From positions 1 to 40,280 of IMG/VR virus record IMGVR_UViG_3300013413_000001: 40,280 nt of DNA. The stretch is one strand, 5' to 3'. The notes below the pieces were generated by a model. The model ran no database searches and was not told the DNA's origin. It saw only the letters and a list, made by a program, of their open reading frames with translations. Shown here one piece after another: positions 38,918 to 40,280 of the stretch. The position numbers and the translations under genes were made by a program. How positions within the stretch are numbered: position 1 is the first letter of the stretch; the number at the start of each line of letters is the position of its first letter. The DNA is from a virus.

Positions 38918-39112
38918 ATGAAAGTCAGCCTTGAGAAATGGGGAGCCAGGAACTATGATCCCGCTCCGCACATCGACACCCTCCGCGGCTGGGCGCGCGA
39001 CGGCAAAATCTACCCGCCGCCGCAGAAGGTGGGTCGCGCCTATTATGTGGACGAGCACGCGGTATTCAGCGCCGATGCTCGTCCCCGTCTCATCCATAGG
39101 ATCGCCGCATAA
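38918..39112 (+). CDS. xis: Excisionase (lambda Xis-like)
   Basis: SLEKWGARNY...IDTLRGWARDGKIYPPPQKVGRAYYVDEHAV parallels the lambda Xis N-terminal fold. It lies immediately upstream of, and overlaps, the int start. Confidence 0.7.
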   Translation: MKVSLEKWGARNYDPAPHIDTLRGWARDGKIYPPPQKVGRAYYVDEHAVFSADARPRLIHRIAA

Positions 39113-40197
39113 TGGCTGCACGCCCAAGGATCAAGAAGCGAGCCGACTGGCCGGCACACCTGCGCGAGCCACGGCCCGGCTATTACACGTGGGTTCACCC
39201 GGTTACCGGCAAGAGCTTCACGCTGGGACGTATTCCGCTGGCGCAGGCCATCTTTGAGGCGCATGAGGCCAACGCCTCCATTGCATCGCAGGCCACCCCA
39301 AAGAAGCTGGCAGAGCGCATCCAAGAGGGCGGCGAAACGGTTGCGGACCTGATCGCCAAGATGCCGACTGAAGGCATCGCGCACAGTACGGTACTGACGC
39401 GCCGGTCATTGGACAAGCGCATCCTCGCGGCCTTCGGTAGTCTCAAATGCACAGAAGTAGAGACGCGGCATGTTGCCAAGCTGATCGAGGACATCGAGAA
39501 GGAGGGGAAGGCGCGGACGGCGCAGGCCATGCGCAGCCACCTGACGAAACTATTTACGAAGGGGATGGCGCTAGGCTGGATGAACCAGAACCCGGCACTG
39601 GTGACCGAGGCTGTCAAGGTCAAGGTTGCGCGCGAGCGGCTGACGCTGGAACAGTTCCAGGCCATCCGCGCCAAGGCTGGTGAGGTATCCGACTGGCTGG
39701 AGAACGCCATGCTGCTGGCACTCGTCAGCGGGCAGGACCGGTCAACCATCGTCGCATGGGAGCGATCCACAATCGGCAAGGACGTGATCGTGGCGAGCCG
39801 CAGCAAGACGGGCGTCAAGATCGCCATTCCGCTGGACATCCGACTCGATGCCATTGGCCTGTCGCTGCGGGATGTGGTGGCGCGCTGCAAGGGAACCGGC
39901 GTGGTGAGCCGCTTTCTGGTGCACCACGTCAAGCAATGGCGCGGCACGAAGCGCGGTGATCCGGTCCACTATGACACGCTGTCGAACAAGTTCGCGGAGG
40001 CCCGGGCCCTGGCAAAGATCCCCGGTGAGAACCCGCCTACGTTCCACGAGATACGCAGTCTGGCGAAGCGGCTATACGAGGCGCAGGGGAACGTCGACAC
40101 CAAGGCGTTGCTTGGTCACAAGACGCAGAAGATGGCGGATCTGTACGCCGATGCGCGCGGGATTGAGCCGATCAAAGTACGCATTGCGGCGCGGTAA
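39112..40197 (+). CDS. int: Tyrosine integrase (lambda Int family)
   Basis: It has an N-terminal arm-binding-like region and a C-terminal HEIRSLAKRLY...LLGHKTQKMADLYAD, giving the HxxR, H and Y catalytic pattern. Confidence 0.9.
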   Translation: MAARPRIKKRADWPAHLREPRPGYYTWVHPVTGKSFTLGRIPLAQAIFEAHEANASIASQATPKKLAERIQEGGETVADLIAKMPTEGIAHSTVLTRRSLDKRILAAFGSLKCTEVETRHVAKLIEDIEKEGKARTAQAMRSHLTKLFTKGMALGWMNQNPALVTEAVKVKVARERLTLEQFQAIRAKAGEVSDWLENAMLLALVSGQDRSTIVAWERSTIGKDVIVASRSKTGVKIAIPLDIRLDAIGLSLRDVVARCKGTGVVSRFLVHHVKQWRGTKRGDPVHYDTLSNKFAEARALAKIPGENPPTFHEIRSLAKRLYEAQGNVDTKALLGHKTQKMADLYADARGIEPIKVRIAAR

Positions 40198-40280
40198 TTC
40201 GGAACGAATTCGGAACAAATTCGGAACACCCCGCGCCAGCATTGGGTTTCCGGTTCGATCTGCCTCCACGCCCTGCGGGC
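40154..40280. repeat. Second copy of the 127-bp terminal duplicate
   Basis: Identical to 1-127. It spans the int 3' end (to 40197) and the first part of the putative attP region. Confidence 0.9.

Overview
The window is a complete temperate phage genome, not a chromosomal segment. Bases 1-127 are identical to 40154-40280, so the contig closes on itself into a unit of about 40,153 bp. No flanking host genes are present. The DNA is GC-rich, and gene order follows a P22-like lambdoid podovirus.

Modules:
- Integration: xis-int on the + strand (38918-40197), followed by a repeat-rich putative attP region (40198-40280, continuing at 45-290).
- Cargo next to attP: a + strand SGNH/GDSL lipoprotein (291-1022).
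- Late operon: one long minus-strand operon from about 21977 down to 1026. In order it carries TerS, TerL, portal, scaffold, P22-type coat, gp4/gp10/gp26-like tail accessory proteins, three ejection proteins (one with a lytic transglycosylase domain), a pectate-lyase-fold tailspike, holin, GH108 endolysin, a 3-TM holin-like protein and a metallophosphoesterase. It is interrupted by an HNH endonuclease, a GNAT acetyltransferase and an opposite-strand J-domain gene.
- Late control: a Q-like regulator, then a roughly 285-nt structured leader that ends in an intrinsic terminator (22085-22431).
- Leftward early operon (minus strand): cro-like, cII-like, DUF1376-like, primase-helicase, VRR-NUC, Ref-like nuclease.
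- Immunity: a cI-type S24 repressor (+) lies between two mirror-image promoter/operator sets.
- Rightward early operon (+ strand): a tandem-repeat protein, many small ORFs, Sak4-like ATPase, SSB-like protein, Gp157-like protein, a second HNH and a C5 cytosine methyltransferase.

Most unusual observations:
1. The first gene behind the rightward early promoter has 17 tandem 27-bp (9-residue) repeats. Amino-acid variation is confined to two positions per repeat.
2. A 163-codon ORF sits inside the dcm gene in another frame, with a Shine-Dalgarno sequence and higher third-position GC than the dcm frame.
3. An HxD...H protein could, together with dcm, form a DNA-modification pair.
4. Several cargo genes may act on the host: the J-domain protein, GNAT, metallophosphoesterase and SGNH lipoprotein.

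All family assignments come from motifs read by eye and from synteny. None has been checked against a database.
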